From positions 959-64,958 of the forward strand of contig CAYTDM010000009.1 in NCBI GenBank assembly GCA_964436635.1: a stretch of DNA of 64,000 nucleotides, written 5' to 3'. Below, piece after piece: positions 38,498 to 48,494 of the stretch (position 1 is its first letter; each line of letters opens with the position of its first letter). The DNA comes from an uncultured Sphingobacteriaceae bacterium (GTDB lineage: Bacteria > Bacteroidota > Bacteroidia > Sphingobacteriales > Sphingobacteriaceae). The position numbers and the translations under genes were made by a program. The notes beneath the pieces were generated by a model. The model did no database searches, was not told the origin of the DNA, and was given only the letters and a program-made list of their open reading frames with translations.

Positions 38498-38540
38498 TAT
38501 ATTTTGACACTTATCTACAAGAGATTATTCGCATAAAAAC

Positions 38541-39458
38541 CTATGATAATGCGGGCGGAGGCGGACCAGATCCAGCCGGCCTTGATTTATCTTCTGGCAA
38601 CGGAATAAACACTTCATTATCAGTAGGAGGTAAGGCTATTCTACCTTGCTTCCAATCTTCTTTTGCCTGTTCGATTCGTTCCTTTCTGGAAGACACAAAA
38701 TTCCACCAAATGAATCGTTCACCTAAAGGCTCACCACCTAATAAAAGTAGGGTAGTGTTTTCCAAGGCTACAATGAGAGGATCCACTCCCTTATTAAACA
38801 CTAATAATTGGCCAGGACCGTACTGAAAACCTGAAATTTCTAATCGTCCATTTACCACATACATGCCTCTTTCTTCATGGCCGGTCGGCAATGCAAAGGG
38901 GGTGTTTTTCTCAAGGTTCACGTGCATATAAAAAAGAGGGGAATGCGTGTGAACAGCACTTTTTAAGCCATATCCTTCGCCTGCAATGAGCCGCATCCAA
39001 ACTCCTTTATCCGTAAAGACAGGTAATTGATCTGGCGTATAATTATGAAAGGTAGGATCGCATTCTTCATCTTTTTCAGGTAAAGCAACCCAGGTCTGAA
39101 TCATTTCTAAACCTCCTTTTAAAGCCGACGGGTCTTCAAACCGTTCCGAATGAGATATCCCTTTTCCGGCGGTCATCCAATTCACTTCTCCTGGGCGAAT
39201 GATTTGCTCCACACCTAAACTATCGCGATGCATCACTTGTCCACCAAATAGATACGTCACAGTAGACAGGCCAATGTGGGGGTGAGGCAATACATCGATA
39301 TTATTCGGTTCTTTCCATGCCGATTCAGCCACAGGCCCGGCGTGATCCATAAAAATAAAAGGCCCAACCATTCTTTTTGATCGAAAAGGTAAAATCCTCT
39401 TCACATGCATTTCGGGTGATAATGCTGCTTTCCGTGCTTCAATAACTAATTCTAACAT
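38541..39458 (-). CDS. Pirin family protein
   Basis: Bicupin with the metal site HPH....E (LPHPHIGLSTVTYLF). Confidence 0.9.
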   Translation of the reverse strand: MLELVIEARKAALSPEMHVKRILPFRSKRMVGPFIFMDHAGPVAESAWKEPNNIDVLPHPHIGLSTVTYLFGGQVMHRDSLGVEQIIRPGEVNWMTAGKGISHSERFEDPSALKGGLEMIQTWVALPEKDEECDPTFHNYTPDQLPVFTDKGVWMRLIAGEGYGLKSAVHTHSPLFYMHVNLEKNTPFALPTGHEERGMYVVNGRLEISGFQYGPGQLLVFNKGVDPLIVALENTTLLLLGGEPLGERFIWWNFVSSRKERIEQAKEDWKQGRIALPPTDNEVFIPLPEDKSRPAGSGPPPPALS

Positions 39459-39495
39459 ACTTCCAGGATTTAATTATTTGATCAAAATATGAATT

Positions 39496-40455
39496 ATGAA
39501 TTTTAACATAAATTTAATTACATTTGCTCATATAACCAAATTAACCAAACTTAACCTTATTATTAATACTATTGAAGCAAGTTTTCTATCGACGGTATTA
39601 TTGCCTGTAGCCTTGGCTGTCATCATGTTAGGCTTAGGACTTTCATTAACTCCAAGCGATTTTACACGCATTTTTCAACGTCCTAAAGCCATGTTTGTGG
39701 GTTCGTTTACCCAATTAGTTTTACTACCGATTTTGGGCTTTGTGATCGCTGCAATCATGTTGGCGGATTCTCCTGAACTCGCCGTGGGTCTGATTATATT
39801 AGCGATGTGTCCTGGTGGGCCGACATCGAATTTGATCGCACATTTAGCGGATGGCGACACCGCATTATGTCTTTCATTGACAGCCATTTCCAGCATCATT
39901 AAAATTTTCACCATTCCTATCATGGTCAATATCGCCATTCAGCAATACATGGGTGAAAGTCAAGTTTTCCAATTAGAAGTCGTTTCATCTATTGTCAAAA
40001 TATTTGCCATTACCATTGTTCCCGCATCCATTGGTATGCTTATAAAAGCGTTTGCAGGAAAGTTTGCGTTAGCTGCGCAAAAACCAGTGAAATTATTATC
40101 TGCATTATTTTTAGTGCTGGTGATTGTGGGAACTGTTTATCAAGAACGAGACGGAATCGTTGATTTCTTTAAAGTGGCTGGACCCGCTGCATTGGTGTTG
40201 AATTTGGCTGGAATGAGCTTAGGTTATTTTATCCCTCAATTATTAAATTTAAATTTAAAACAAAGGATTACTATCAGTGTAGAAACGAGTATTCAAAACG
40301 GGACTTTAGCGATAGGAATTGCGAGTAGCCCATTAATGCTTAACAACTCTACTATGGCGATTCCTGCTGCTGTTTACAGCTTAATCATGTTTGTGACGGC
40401 GGGTATTTTTATCGCGATCGTTAAGAATAAAGCAAAAAGTGAAATCGAAGAATAG
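39496..40455 (+). CDS. Bile acid:sodium symporter (BASS) family transporter
   Basis: Polytopic. It has the BASS blocks (MCPGGPTSNL, the repeat-2 equivalent). The exact start is uncertain. Confidence 0.85.
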   Translation: MNFNINLITFAHITKLTKLNLIINTIEASFLSTVLLPVALAVIMLGLGLSLTPSDFTRIFQRPKAMFVGSFTQLVLLPILGFVIAAIMLADSPELAVGLIILAMCPGGPTSNLIAHLADGDTALCLSLTAISSIIKIFTIPIMVNIAIQQYMGESQVFQLEVVSSIVKIFAITIVPASIGMLIKAFAGKFALAAQKPVKLLSALFLVLVIVGTVYQERDGIVDFFKVAGPAALVLNLAGMSLGYFIPQLLNLNLKQRITISVETSIQNGTLAIGIASSPLMLNNSTMAIPAAVYSLIMFVTAGIFIAIVKNKAKSEIEE

Positions 40456-40497
40456 GCTTGCATCGCTATAAACATAATAGCTATAAAAAAACGAGCT

Positions 40498-40536
40498 AAA
40501 AAAAAAGGACATTAAATGTTTTAATGTCCTTTTTTT
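40498..40536. terminator. Bidirectional terminator (BASS / gap convergent)
   Basis: A-run, GGACATTAAA-tgt-TTTAATGTCC stem, T-run. It overlaps the gap stop codon. Confidence 0.75.
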
Positions 40537-41528
40537 ATTTGTTCTAACACATCTACTAAACGATTAGAATAGCCATATTCATTATCATACCATCCTACTA
40601 CTTTGACCAACCCTCCAACGACAGAGGTTAATAAGGAATCAAAAACACAAGAATAGGTGCTGTTAATGATATCCACGGAAACGATTGGATCTTCTGTGTA
40701 GTATAAAATGCCTTTTAAAGAAGTTTTTGACGCTTGTAGAAAAGCTTCATTAATTTCTTCGACCGAGGCTTCAGATTTCAATGTACAAGTGAAGTCTGTT
40801 AATGAACCATTTAATACTGGCACCCGAATACCAGCTCCTCCAAGTCGTCCGTCTAAGTGTGGGAAAACATTTGTAATGGCTTTTGCTGCCCCAGTACTGG
40901 TGGGAATGATGGATGCAGAAGCAGCGCGCGCTCTTCTTAAATCACGATGGGGTGCGTCGTGAAGATTTTGATCTCCAGTCATGCTGTGCACCGTCGTAAT
41001 GTATCCATCCACGATGCCCCATTTTTCGTCTAAAATCTTCACAAGTGGGGCGACATTATTTGTCGTACAAGAGGCATTTGAAATGATATCCAAATCCGCT
41101 AAGGGTATGTGGTCATCATTTACTCCCAATACCAGGGTAGGAATTTCACGATCTGGTGATGGGGCAGATAGTAATACCTTTTTTGCGCCAGCGATTAAAT
41201 GCTTTTCGGCTAAGTCTTTAGTCAAAAACTTTCCAGTAGACTCTATAACTACATCAATTTCGAGCTGCTCCCAAGGCAGATTTACTGGATCTTTCTCTGA
41301 ATACACATGCAATCGTCTTCCGTCAATGATCATCTTTCCAGCTTCAACTGAGATTTGTCCCGGAAAGGGGCCGTGAACCGAATCGTATTTTAACAAATGT
41401 GCGAGTGTCTCCACATCCGAAACATCGTTGATGGCGACGATTTCAACCTCTTTTAAATTTCTGTTTAAAAGATTTCTGAGGGTGTTTCTCCCGATGCGAC
41501 CAAAACCATTAATTGCTACCCTTAACAT
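40521..41528 (-). CDS. gap: Type I glyceraldehyde-3-phosphate dehydrogenase
   Basis: INGFGRIGR NAD motif and the SNASCTTN active site. Confidence 0.95.
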   Translation of the reverse strand: MLRVAINGFGRIGRNTLRNLLNRNLKEVEIVAINDVSDVETLAHLLKYDSVHGPFPGQISVEAGKMIIDGRRLHVYSEKDPVNLPWEQLEIDVVIESTGKFLTKDLAEKHLIAGAKKVLLSAPSPDREIPTLVLGVNDDHIPLADLDIISNASCTTNNVAPLVKILDEKWGIVDGYITTVHSMTGDQNLHDAPHRDLRRARAASASIIPTSTGAAKAITNVFPHLDGRLGGAGIRVPVLNGSLTDFTCTLKSEASVEEINEAFLQASKTSLKGILYYTEDPIVSVDIINSTYSCVFDSLLTSVVGGLVKVVGWYDNEYGYSNRLVDVLEQIKKGH

Positions 41529-41544
41529 ATGATAATATTGTCCT

Positions 41545-41552
41545 CAAACTTA
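41545..41552 (-). promoter_or_regulatory. Bacteroidota -7 promoter box (TAAGTTTG) for gap
   Basis: Exact TAnnTTTG on the minus strand, 16 nt upstream of the gap ATG. Confidence 0.45.
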
Positions 41553-41624
41553 ACAAAAATTATATAAATTCAGTATATTTACCCTATTTCAGAACACATT
41601 TTACAACAAGTTTACCTTCCGGAT

Positions 41625-42446
41625 ATGAAATCAATAATAATAGCAAGTGATTTTTCTAATGAGGCGGATGCTGCCACTCAATACGCCATTGCGATTGCAA
41701 AAATTATAAATGTGGATGTCGTTTTGTTTCACTTACATACCATGTCTGTGCATGTGGCAAATGCGCGATTGACCCCTGCTGCAATACAAGTTAGTTTGGA
41801 TCATCATCGTGAAAAAGTAGAGAAAATCGGTCGTGATTTGGCCACAAACCATCAAATAAATTGTGAAGTGGCCTGGAGAATGGGGGATTTTTATGATGAA
41901 CTTCAGGACGTCATTTCAACCTATTCAGTGAGCCTGGTAGTCATGGGCATGGCAAACAAGACTTTGGAACAAGACCTCCTTGGCAATACAACTACTTCGG
42001 CTATAAACAAATTAAAAACACCTGTTTTAGCCATTCCAAACGGGGTGAAGTTTAATGGAATTAAAAACATTCTTTTTGCTTGTGACATAGACCGGGGCAT
42101 TCATGCACAGGTTTTAAAGCAAGTAAAAACATTAGCAAATGCATTTAATGCGTCTGTAGAAGTTTTTTATGTGAGTAAGGAATTATCACATATTGAGAAG
42201 AAAGCTAATGATCCTGCGTTGGTTAAATCCTTTGGTGATGAACTTAACGGGATTCAATATTACTATAAAAATGTAGCCTCGAACAGTGTTTTGCAGGCGA
42301 TCGAGGACGAAATATCAGAAATAAAGGCAGATTTATTAATTATGGTGCCAAACAAATATGGTTTTTGGGGGTCTTTAGTCCACAAAAGTAAAACTCGAGC
42401 GATGGCTGCAGGGAATTCCATACCTTTATTATCTATTCCAATTTAA
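41625..42446 (+). CDS. Universal stress protein, tandem UspA domains
   Basis: Two Usp repeats, each starting IIIASDFS / ILFACDID. The C-terminal repeat ends with the G..GS-type ATP-binding region. Confidence 0.85.
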   Translation: MKSIIIASDFSNEADAATQYAIAIAKIINVDVVLFHLHTMSVHVANARLTPAAIQVSLDHHREKVEKIGRDLATNHQINCEVAWRMGDFYDELQDVISTYSVSLVVMGMANKTLEQDLLGNTTTSAINKLKTPVLAIPNGVKFNGIKNILFACDIDRGIHAQVLKQVKTLANAFNASVEVFYVSKELSHIEKKANDPALVKSFGDELNGIQYYYKNVASNSVLQAIEDEISEIKADLLIMVPNKYGFWGSLVHKSKTRAMAAGNSIPLLSIPI

Positions 42447-42451
42447 TTATC

Positions 42452-43387
42452 ATGAAAAACGTTCCAACCATCTTGATGATTCGGCCAGTTAATTTTAGTT
42501 TTAATGCTCAAACGGCTGTAAATAATTCTTTTCAAACAGATCCTACTAAATCGAATAGCGAAGATGCTGCTTTGATTCAGGAACAGGCACTCGATGAATT
42601 TGATCAATTTGTATCAGTTTTAACTAAATTTAATGTACCCATTAGGGTGATTGAGGATACGGAACAGCCAGTGACTCCAGACAGTATATTTCCGAATAAT
42701 TGGTTCAGTACACACGATCAAAGTACCGTCGTACTGTATCCCATGTTTGCAGAAAATCGGAGACTGGAACGAAAGCCAAGCGTTAAAAATATGTTGGAAA
42801 AGAACTATGAAATTAAACTTTGGTATGATTTATCACCATTCGAAAAGCAGGCGAAATTTTTAGAAGGGACTGGGAGCATGGTGTTAGACAGATTGAACAA
42901 GGTTGCTTATGCTTGCGATTCCCCAAGAACAGATGAGGATTTGTTTTCTGACTTTTGTTCTATGTTCAAATATACCCCAATTTGGTTTCATGCCTATGAT
43001 CGCGCTGGGGAGCCCATCTACCACACAAATGTCCTGATGTGTGTAGGAGCGGATTTCGTAGTTATTAATTTAGAAGCGATCCCGAGTGAAGAACAAGCAA
43101 TGGTTAAGAAGGCGATTGCGAAGAGCAATAAAAAACTAATTCCTATTTCGCATTCCCAAATGGAGCAATTCGCAGGGAATATGCTGCAAGTAAAAAATCA
43201 GCAGGGAGAACAGTTAGTCGTGATGTCTACCCAAGCTTTTCAAAGTTTAACCGAAGATAAAATCGAATTATTAAGCGAAAAGAACACCATCGTGCACACT
43301 CCATTATATACCATTGAAAAATATGGGGGTGGAAGTGCGCGATGTATGATGGCAGAAATCTATTTAAATGAAAGAAAAGATACTTAA
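42452..43387 (+). CDS. Amidinotransferase-fold enzyme, arginine deiminase-related (CtlX-like citrulline utilisation hydrolase family)
   Basis: 311 aa. C-terminal catalytic Cys context GGGSARCMMAEI, typical of guanidino-group-modifying enzymes. The family call is from memory. Confidence 0.65.
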   Translation: MKNVPTILMIRPVNFSFNAQTAVNNSFQTDPTKSNSEDAALIQEQALDEFDQFVSVLTKFNVPIRVIEDTEQPVTPDSIFPNNWFSTHDQSTVVLYPMFAENRRLERKPSVKNMLEKNYEIKLWYDLSPFEKQAKFLEGTGSMVLDRLNKVAYACDSPRTDEDLFSDFCSMFKYTPIWFHAYDRAGEPIYHTNVLMCVGADFVVINLEAIPSEEQAMVKKAIAKSNKKLIPISHSQMEQFAGNMLQVKNQQGEQLVVMSTQAFQSLTEDKIELLSEKNTIVHTPLYTIEKYGGGSARCMMAEIYLNERKDT

Positions 43388-43817
43388 TTTCAATATTCGA
43401 ACCTATGGGTTTTTAGTTAATGATGCACAAGAAGTTTTAATAAGCCATGAGCGAGAATATGGAATGGAATTCTCGAAATTTCCTGGAGGCGGGGTGGAAT
43501 TAGGGGAAGGTATTACGGATGCGCTTAAAAGGGAATTCTTGGAAGAATGTGGAATAGACATTTCGATTTTGCGCCATGTGTACACAACGGAAGAATTTGT
43601 TTTATCTGAATTTAATCAGACTCAAGTAATCGCTATTTATTATTTGGTTCATGCTGCTGAAAGTGAACTGGCTAAAATAAGCATGGATCCTTTGCCAGCC
43701 GTCGTGGAACCTGCACAAGCATTTAAATGGATTTCAATCAAGGAGCTTGATTCGAAAAGTGACTTGACTTTTGATATTGATAAAAAAAGCTGGCAAGTTT
43801 TCCTTGCCAGCTTATAA
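43368..43817 (+). CDS. NUDIX hydrolase (canonical Nudix box)
   Basis: GGVELGEGITDALKREFLEECGI matches Gx5Ex7REUXEEXGU. It overlaps the upstream gene by 20 nt. Confidence 0.85.
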   Translation: MKEKILNFNIRTYGFLVNDAQEVLISHEREYGMEFSKFPGGGVELGEGITDALKREFLEECGIDISILRHVYTTEEFVLSEFNQTQVIAIYYLVHAAESELAKISMDPLPAVVEPAQAFKWISIKELDSKSDLTFDIDKKSWQVFLASL

Positions 43818-43825
43818 TTATTTTT

Positions 43826-43853
43826 GAATTCTTTGGGTTTGTGTTAAGAATTC
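43826..43853. terminator. Hairpin between convergent NUDIX and ABC-2 permease genes
   Basis: 8-bp stem GAATTCTT / AAGAATTC with a 12-nt loop. T-tracts are weak on both sides. Confidence 0.35.
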
Positions 43854-43875
43854 TTCGAGTTTCTTATTATTAAAA

Positions 43876-45186
43876 TTAACCTTTATAGTTGAACCACTTG
43901 ATTAATTCTTTTAAACTCGCTTTTTTGCCATACATTAAAATGCCGACTCGATAAATTCTGGCGGCTACCCAAGTGGTAAATACAAAGCCAGCGATTAACA
44001 ACACGAGGGATAAAGCAATTTGCCAATCAGGAACCCCATAAGGAATGCGCACTAACATCGCGACCGGAGAAGTTAACGGAATCATACTCATCCAAAATGC
44101 CAGGGACCCATTTGGGTCATTCACAAGCACCGTAAACGACATCATATAAGTAAACAATAACGGCATGGTAATAGGAAACATGAATTGTTGGGTTTCTGTT
44201 TCATTGTCCACTGCAGAGCCTACAGCTGCAAATAATGCACTATACAGCAAGTAGCCCCCTAAGAAATATAAAATGAAGTAAAAAGCTATGAGTCCCCAAT
44301 TCAGTGTGCCCATGGCTTCCATAATTTGGTTGCCCATGCCACTTCGAGCATTGGATACTTCTTGCATAGACGCACCAATTTGTTGTGCTTCTGCGCCAGA
44401 AGAATCCATGAATAATGCTCCAAAAACCATAAACAAGGTGCTGGAGAACACGATCCACAAGATAAATTGGGTTAATCCAACCAAACCAATTCCAACAATT
44501 TTACCTAACATAAGTTGAAATGGTTTTACGGATGAAATAATTACTTCTACAATTCTATTTTGCTTTTCTTCAATAATTCCCCGCATGACTTGCGCACCAT
44601 AAATGAACAATGTCAAATAAATCATTATGGATAATACGATCGAAATAACCATGGTCGCTGCCGCGCTGCTGTCTCGCTCACCCTCTTGAGTAATTTCTTT
44701 CGAAGAAAATTTAATATCCGATTTAATGCTTTGTAAGGTTTCTAAATCAAAGCCAGCCTCTGCCAATTGATGGCTTCTTAAAATGCTCTCCACATCTGAT
44801 TCGATGTTGCTTTGCAAGGAAATACTTGCTTTTTGGGAAGACAATAATTCGACGGTTTTGCTGGTTATGAAATCCTCTGGAATGATTAGCAAAAACTGAT
44901 CTTCTTTTCCAGATTTTAATAATTCAGCTTTCTCGTCATCCACAGGTTTATCTGAAGGCAAGTAAGTGATTTGTTTGTTTTGGGGCAAATTTTGAGCAAC
45001 TTTACCACTTGCATCTACCACATGAACCGTAGTGTTATTGTTCTCAAAAGATGATTTGGATAAGAAAAACATGAGCACCCAAACTCCAATCATTAAAATT
45101 GGAACTAAAAAGGTTAAAAGAATAAATGATTTATTCTTAACTCGGCTTAAATATTCACGTTGAATAATTAAAAATATTTTGTTCAT
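43876..45186 (-). CDS. ABC-2 type transporter permease (NatB-like)
   Basis: N-terminal TM, a large extracytoplasmic loop, then a 5-6 TM cluster. It follows its ATPase gene. Confidence 0.8.
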   Translation of the reverse strand: MNKIFLIIQREYLSRVKNKSFILLTFLVPILMIGVWVLMFFLSKSSFENNNTTVHVVDASGKVAQNLPQNKQITYLPSDKPVDDEKAELLKSGKEDQFLLIIPEDFITSKTVELLSSQKASISLQSNIESDVESILRSHQLAEAGFDLETLQSIKSDIKFSSKEITQEGERDSSAAATMVISIVLSIMIYLTLFIYGAQVMRGIIEEKQNRIVEVIISSVKPFQLMLGKIVGIGLVGLTQFILWIVFSSTLFMVFGALFMDSSGAEAQQIGASMQEVSNARSGMGNQIMEAMGTLNWGLIAFYFILYFLGGYLLYSALFAAVGSAVDNETETQQFMFPITMPLLFTYMMSFTVLVNDPNGSLAFWMSMIPLTSPVAMLVRIPYGVPDWQIALSLVLLIAGFVFTTWVAARIYRVGILMYGKKASLKELIKWFNYKG

Positions 45187-45200
45187 AAAAGGCGTATATT

Positions 45201-46118
45201 TTAGTTAGAATGATGTGCAGTCACTTTTTGTATGAAAATATCATTAATCGATGGAATGACTTCATGCAATTCGTGAATTTCGATTATTGGCAATAAGTGG
45301 TGTAAGACTTCATTCATACTCTTGTTCTGTTCTAAACGAAGGGTCAGTTTAACTTGGTCTTCTAAATCATCCACTTTTAACACTTCAAACAACCCTGGCT
45401 GGCTTGAAATGCTTGCACCCGGGTTTGCTGCATACGTTAATTGATAGGTGTTCGACTTATATTGATTTTTAATTTCCTTCACACTGCCTTCAAGAATCTT
45501 TTTAGACTTATTAATTAAGACGATGTTATCGCATAACTCTTCTACCGATTCCATTCTATGCGTAGAAAAGATAATGGTAGCCCCTTGTTTATTTAATGCT
45601 AAAATCTCTTCTTTAATGATATTCGCATTTACGGGATCAAATCCTGAAAATGGTTCATCTAATATGATAAGTTCTGGTTTGTGCACAACGGTCGCTACAA
45701 ACTGTACTTTTTGTTGCATACCCTTACTCAAGTCTTCCACCTTTTTATTCCACCAGGTTTGCATTTCCATTTTTTCAAACCAATGTTTGATTCTTGCCGT
45801 AGCTTCTGCTTTTGACAGGCCTTTTAATTGTGCCAAATACAACATTTGTTCACCAATGGCCATTTTTTTATATAAACCGCGTTCTTCTGGCAAGTAGCCA
45901 ATGCGTTCTATATGTTTTGGGCTTAAGAGTTCTCCTCCAAAATAAACTTCTCCTGCGTCTGGAGCAGTGATTTGGTTGATGATGCGAATTAAAGAGGTTT
46001 TTCCGGCACCATTTGGCCCTAATAATCCAAAAATCTTTCCCTTTTCAATGTGCATAGAGACGTCATCCAATGCACGATGGGTAGCGTATTGCTTAACAAT
46101 ATTTTTTATTTCTAACAT
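45201..46118 (-). CDS. ABC transporter ATP-binding protein (NatA-like)
   Basis: Walker A (GPNGAGKTS), LSKGMQQK signature, ILDEPFSG Walker B. Confidence 0.9.
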   Translation of the reverse strand: MLEIKNIVKQYATHRALDDVSMHIEKGKIFGLLGPNGAGKTSLIRIINQITAPDAGEVYFGGELLSPKHIERIGYLPEERGLYKKMAIGEQMLYLAQLKGLSKAEATARIKHWFEKMEMQTWWNKKVEDLSKGMQQKVQFVATVVHKPELIILDEPFSGFDPVNANIIKEEILALNKQGATIIFSTHRMESVEELCDNIVLINKSKKILEGSVKEIKNQYKSNTYQLTYAANPGASISSQPGLFEVLKVDDLEDQVKLTLRLEQNKSMNEVLHHLLPIIEIHELHEVIPSINDIFIQKVTAHHSN

Positions 46119-46194
46119 AAATAAGAATGGATTTATAATAAGCCTTTGATGCAGGTATTAGCAATTTGTTACAAATAAACTATTAAAAATTATA

Positions 46195-47646
46195 CTAATT
46201 GCCAGCTGATTTTGGGAAGAAATTCGGGTGAAAGTTCACCAAAAACAGTTCTTGTTTCGCACGAGTCATGGCGGTGTACAACCATTGCAAAAACTCTTTG
46301 TCAGCTTGATTTTCACTTAAATACCCTTGATCAATAAATACTACATCCCATTGTCCGCCTTGCGCTTTGTGGCAAGTGATGGCCATAGAAAATTTAATTT
46401 GCAACGCATTATAATAAGGGTCTTGTAAAATTTTCTCATGAATCTCTTTACTGGACAGCCCTTCCTCTCTATAATCCTGCATCACATGGTCATACAAGAT
46501 TTTTTGTTGATCCTGTGGCAAACTGGGGGTATCTACATATAAGGTGTCTAATAAAACGCGGCAATGAATCGGTTCCAAATCCTCCATATCTGGAAAATGC
46601 AAACTCACATCCGCAAAGCGAAATCCATATTGCTCATGCACATTACGTACCCTTCTAATTTCGGCCATATCCCCATTTGCAATAAAAGAGGTGGTGTTTT
46701 CGTCATTTTGACCAAGCCAATAATAGTTATTTTTAACGACCATAACTTGATCCCCACCACTTAATTCTTCATCACGAAATAGTAATTGATGTCGAATGTG
46801 CTTATTATACAAATTTGCATTTTTATTCGACCTACAAATCACGATGCTATACTCCATGCCGTATTTATTGTACGCATAGTTCAAGCCTTCAATAAATCGT
46901 TCTCCACTTAATTTAAAAATATCCCTAAAAGGAGATAGACGCAATTGTGGTAAATCCATGGGGTCATTTGTGCCATTTGAATCACTGGATTCATGAATTT
47001 TCTGACGGACCAATGTGGCATTGTAAAGAATCCCTGAATCCTGGGCCTGTCGAACGACCTCTGTTAATTCAATTTGAAGAAATTTACCTCCATATTTTAG
47101 GGCTAAGTGCTTTTGATCTAAAGCAGGACTGCTTGTTGAACCAATAGGAGGAAGCTGCGCCACATCACCTACAAAAAGCAGTTTACAATTTTCTCCTTGT
47201 TTGACATAATCGAATACATCCGACAATAAACTTTTCGTGAAGAAACCAGCTGATCCGTCACTAATCATGGAGGATTCATCAATGATAAACACGGTATTTA
47301 TATGTTTATTTGGTGCCAAATCAAAATGACTGTCTGGGGAGGACGCTTTTTTCTTTCGATATATTTTTCGATGAATCGTAGAAGTAGGGCGATTCGAGTA
47401 TTGTCTCATTACCTTCGCAGCCCGACCTGTAGGCGCTAATAACACCGAAGCCATTCTGTAACGATGAAGTGCGGCGACAAAAGAACTTAATAAGGTGGTT
47501 TTACCAGTTCCCGCATATCCTCTTAAAATAAATCCATCATACTCTTCAAAATTTGCCATAAAATAGGCCATAGTTTGCATGGCTCCTAATTGTTGCTCAG
47601 TTGGAGGCCATGGGAAATTTTGCTGAATATCTTGTACTTTAATCAT
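46195..47646 (-). CDS. RecD-like SF1 DNA helicase / AAA ATPase
   Basis: Walker A (GYAGTGKTT), a DESSM Walker B, a VGDxxQLPP motif, and C-terminal ITCHKAQG. I chose the ATG at 47646 because a -7 box sits at 47665-47672 and the ORF-track TTG at 47667 lies inside it. Confidence 0.85.
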   Translation of the reverse strand: MIKVQDIQQNFPWPPTEQQLGAMQTMAYFMANFEEYDGFILRGYAGTGKTTLLSSFVAALHRYRMASVLLAPTGRAAKVMRQYSNRPTSTIHRKIYRKKKASSPDSHFDLAPNKHINTVFIIDESSMISDGSAGFFTKSLLSDVFDYVKQGENCKLLFVGDVAQLPPIGSTSSPALDQKHLALKYGGKFLQIELTEVVRQAQDSGILYNATLVRQKIHESSDSNGTNDPMDLPQLRLSPFRDIFKLSGERFIEGLNYAYNKYGMEYSIVICRSNKNANLYNKHIRHQLLFRDEELSGGDQVMVVKNNYYWLGQNDENTTSFIANGDMAEIRRVRNVHEQYGFRFADVSLHFPDMEDLEPIHCRVLLDTLYVDTPSLPQDQQKILYDHVMQDYREEGLSSKEIHEKILQDPYYNALQIKFSMAITCHKAQGGQWDVVFIDQGYLSENQADKEFLQWLYTAMTRAKQELFLVNFHPNFFPKSAGN

Positions 47647-47664
47647 GTTTATGGGGGCGCGTGC

Positions 47665-47672
47665 CAAAGATA
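47665..47672 (-). promoter_or_regulatory. Bacteroidota -7 promoter box (TATCTTTG) for the helicase gene
   Basis: Exact TAnnTTTG on the minus strand, 18 nt upstream of the ATG at 47646. Confidence 0.4.
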
Positions 47673-47705
47673 TTTAAAAACATTTGTCATGTCGAATCTA
47701 AAGGT

Positions 47706-47713
47706 TACTTTTG
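47706..47713 (+). promoter_or_regulatory. Bacteroidota -7 promoter box (TACTTTTG) 4 nt from an ATG; predicts a leaderless mRNA
   Basis: Exact TAnnTTTG, then TGAT, then the ATG at 47718. Confidence 0.45.
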
Positions 47714-47717
47714 TGAT

Positions 47718-48494
47718 ATGGGTACAATTTCTGAAACTTATTATACGACCAGTCCAACATTTTCTATAGATCGATTGACGACTTGTAAAGTTCTTTTAGA
47801 TGGCACTCAAAATCACGAACCAGAGATTGCGATCTATAGTGATTCAAATGAGTTATTGCATTTTGGAAATGTTTCCAGCTTTGAAAAAGCGTTTGGCACA
47901 AACGTCCTCCCAAACCTATTAAGTGATCAGCTTGTTTTCTTAGTACCTGTTTTGGATGCTCAAATAGTTCCAAATGAATTGGTGGAAGCTGGAGGCGAGG
48001 ATCTAGTCGCTAAATTTGTGCTTGACGACGGGGTTACGCCTGCCAAAACGGCAAAGTGGTCCGAACAGGATGCTCGGTTCGTTTACAGAGAACGATTAGT
48101 AAATTTGGCACCCTATGTTAAATTGCATCCTACTGCTTTACGAATACCTTTTCCTAAAATTTACTTGGAACAGTTAAGAAAAAAATCTCTTAACAGTTCA
48201 AGTGTAGTTTATGGGGTACATGTGGGACATGAAAGTGTGTATTTAGCGATATTTCAATCTGGAAAATTATATTATTTTAATGAATTTCAAGTGAATAACA
48301 TCGAGGACTTTAATTATTACTTTATTAAAGTCATGGAGCAGCTTCCCTCGAACACAACTCATTTTCTTGCTTATCTTTCTGGTGATATTAAGGAAGGAGA
48401 TGAGCTGCATCAGAGAATTGTTAAATACACGGAAGAAATTTATTTTGCAGAAAAACTATCATGCGCATTATTGGCGGTAAACACAAGGGACTAA
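47718..48494 (+). CDS. Conserved hypothetical protein (probably DUF3822 family, typical neighbour of rsmD in Bacteroidota)
   Basis: I recall the position upstream of rsmD-coaD as conserved synteny. I saw no catalytic motif. The start is moved to 47718 on promoter evidence. Confidence 0.5.
   Translation: MGTISETYYTTSPTFSIDRLTTCKVLLDGTQNHEPEIAIYSDSNELLHFGNVSSFEKAFGTNVLPNLLSDQLVFLVPVLDAQIVPNELVEAGGEDLVAKFVLDDGVTPAKTAKWSEQDARFVYRERLVNLAPYVKLHPTALRIPFPKIYLEQLRKKSLNSSSVVYGVHVGHESVYLAIFQSGKLYYFNEFQVNNIEDFNYYFIKVMEQLPSNTTHFLAYLSGDIKEGDELHQRIVKYTEEIYFAEKLSCALLAVNTRD

Noticed and set aside
38486-38540. Riboswitch leaders: SAM upstream of metNIQ, and likewise FMN upstream of ribE (17761-17808)
   Set aside because: The upstream spacers are only 55 and 48 nt. 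They are too short for these aptamers and lack their conserved cores.
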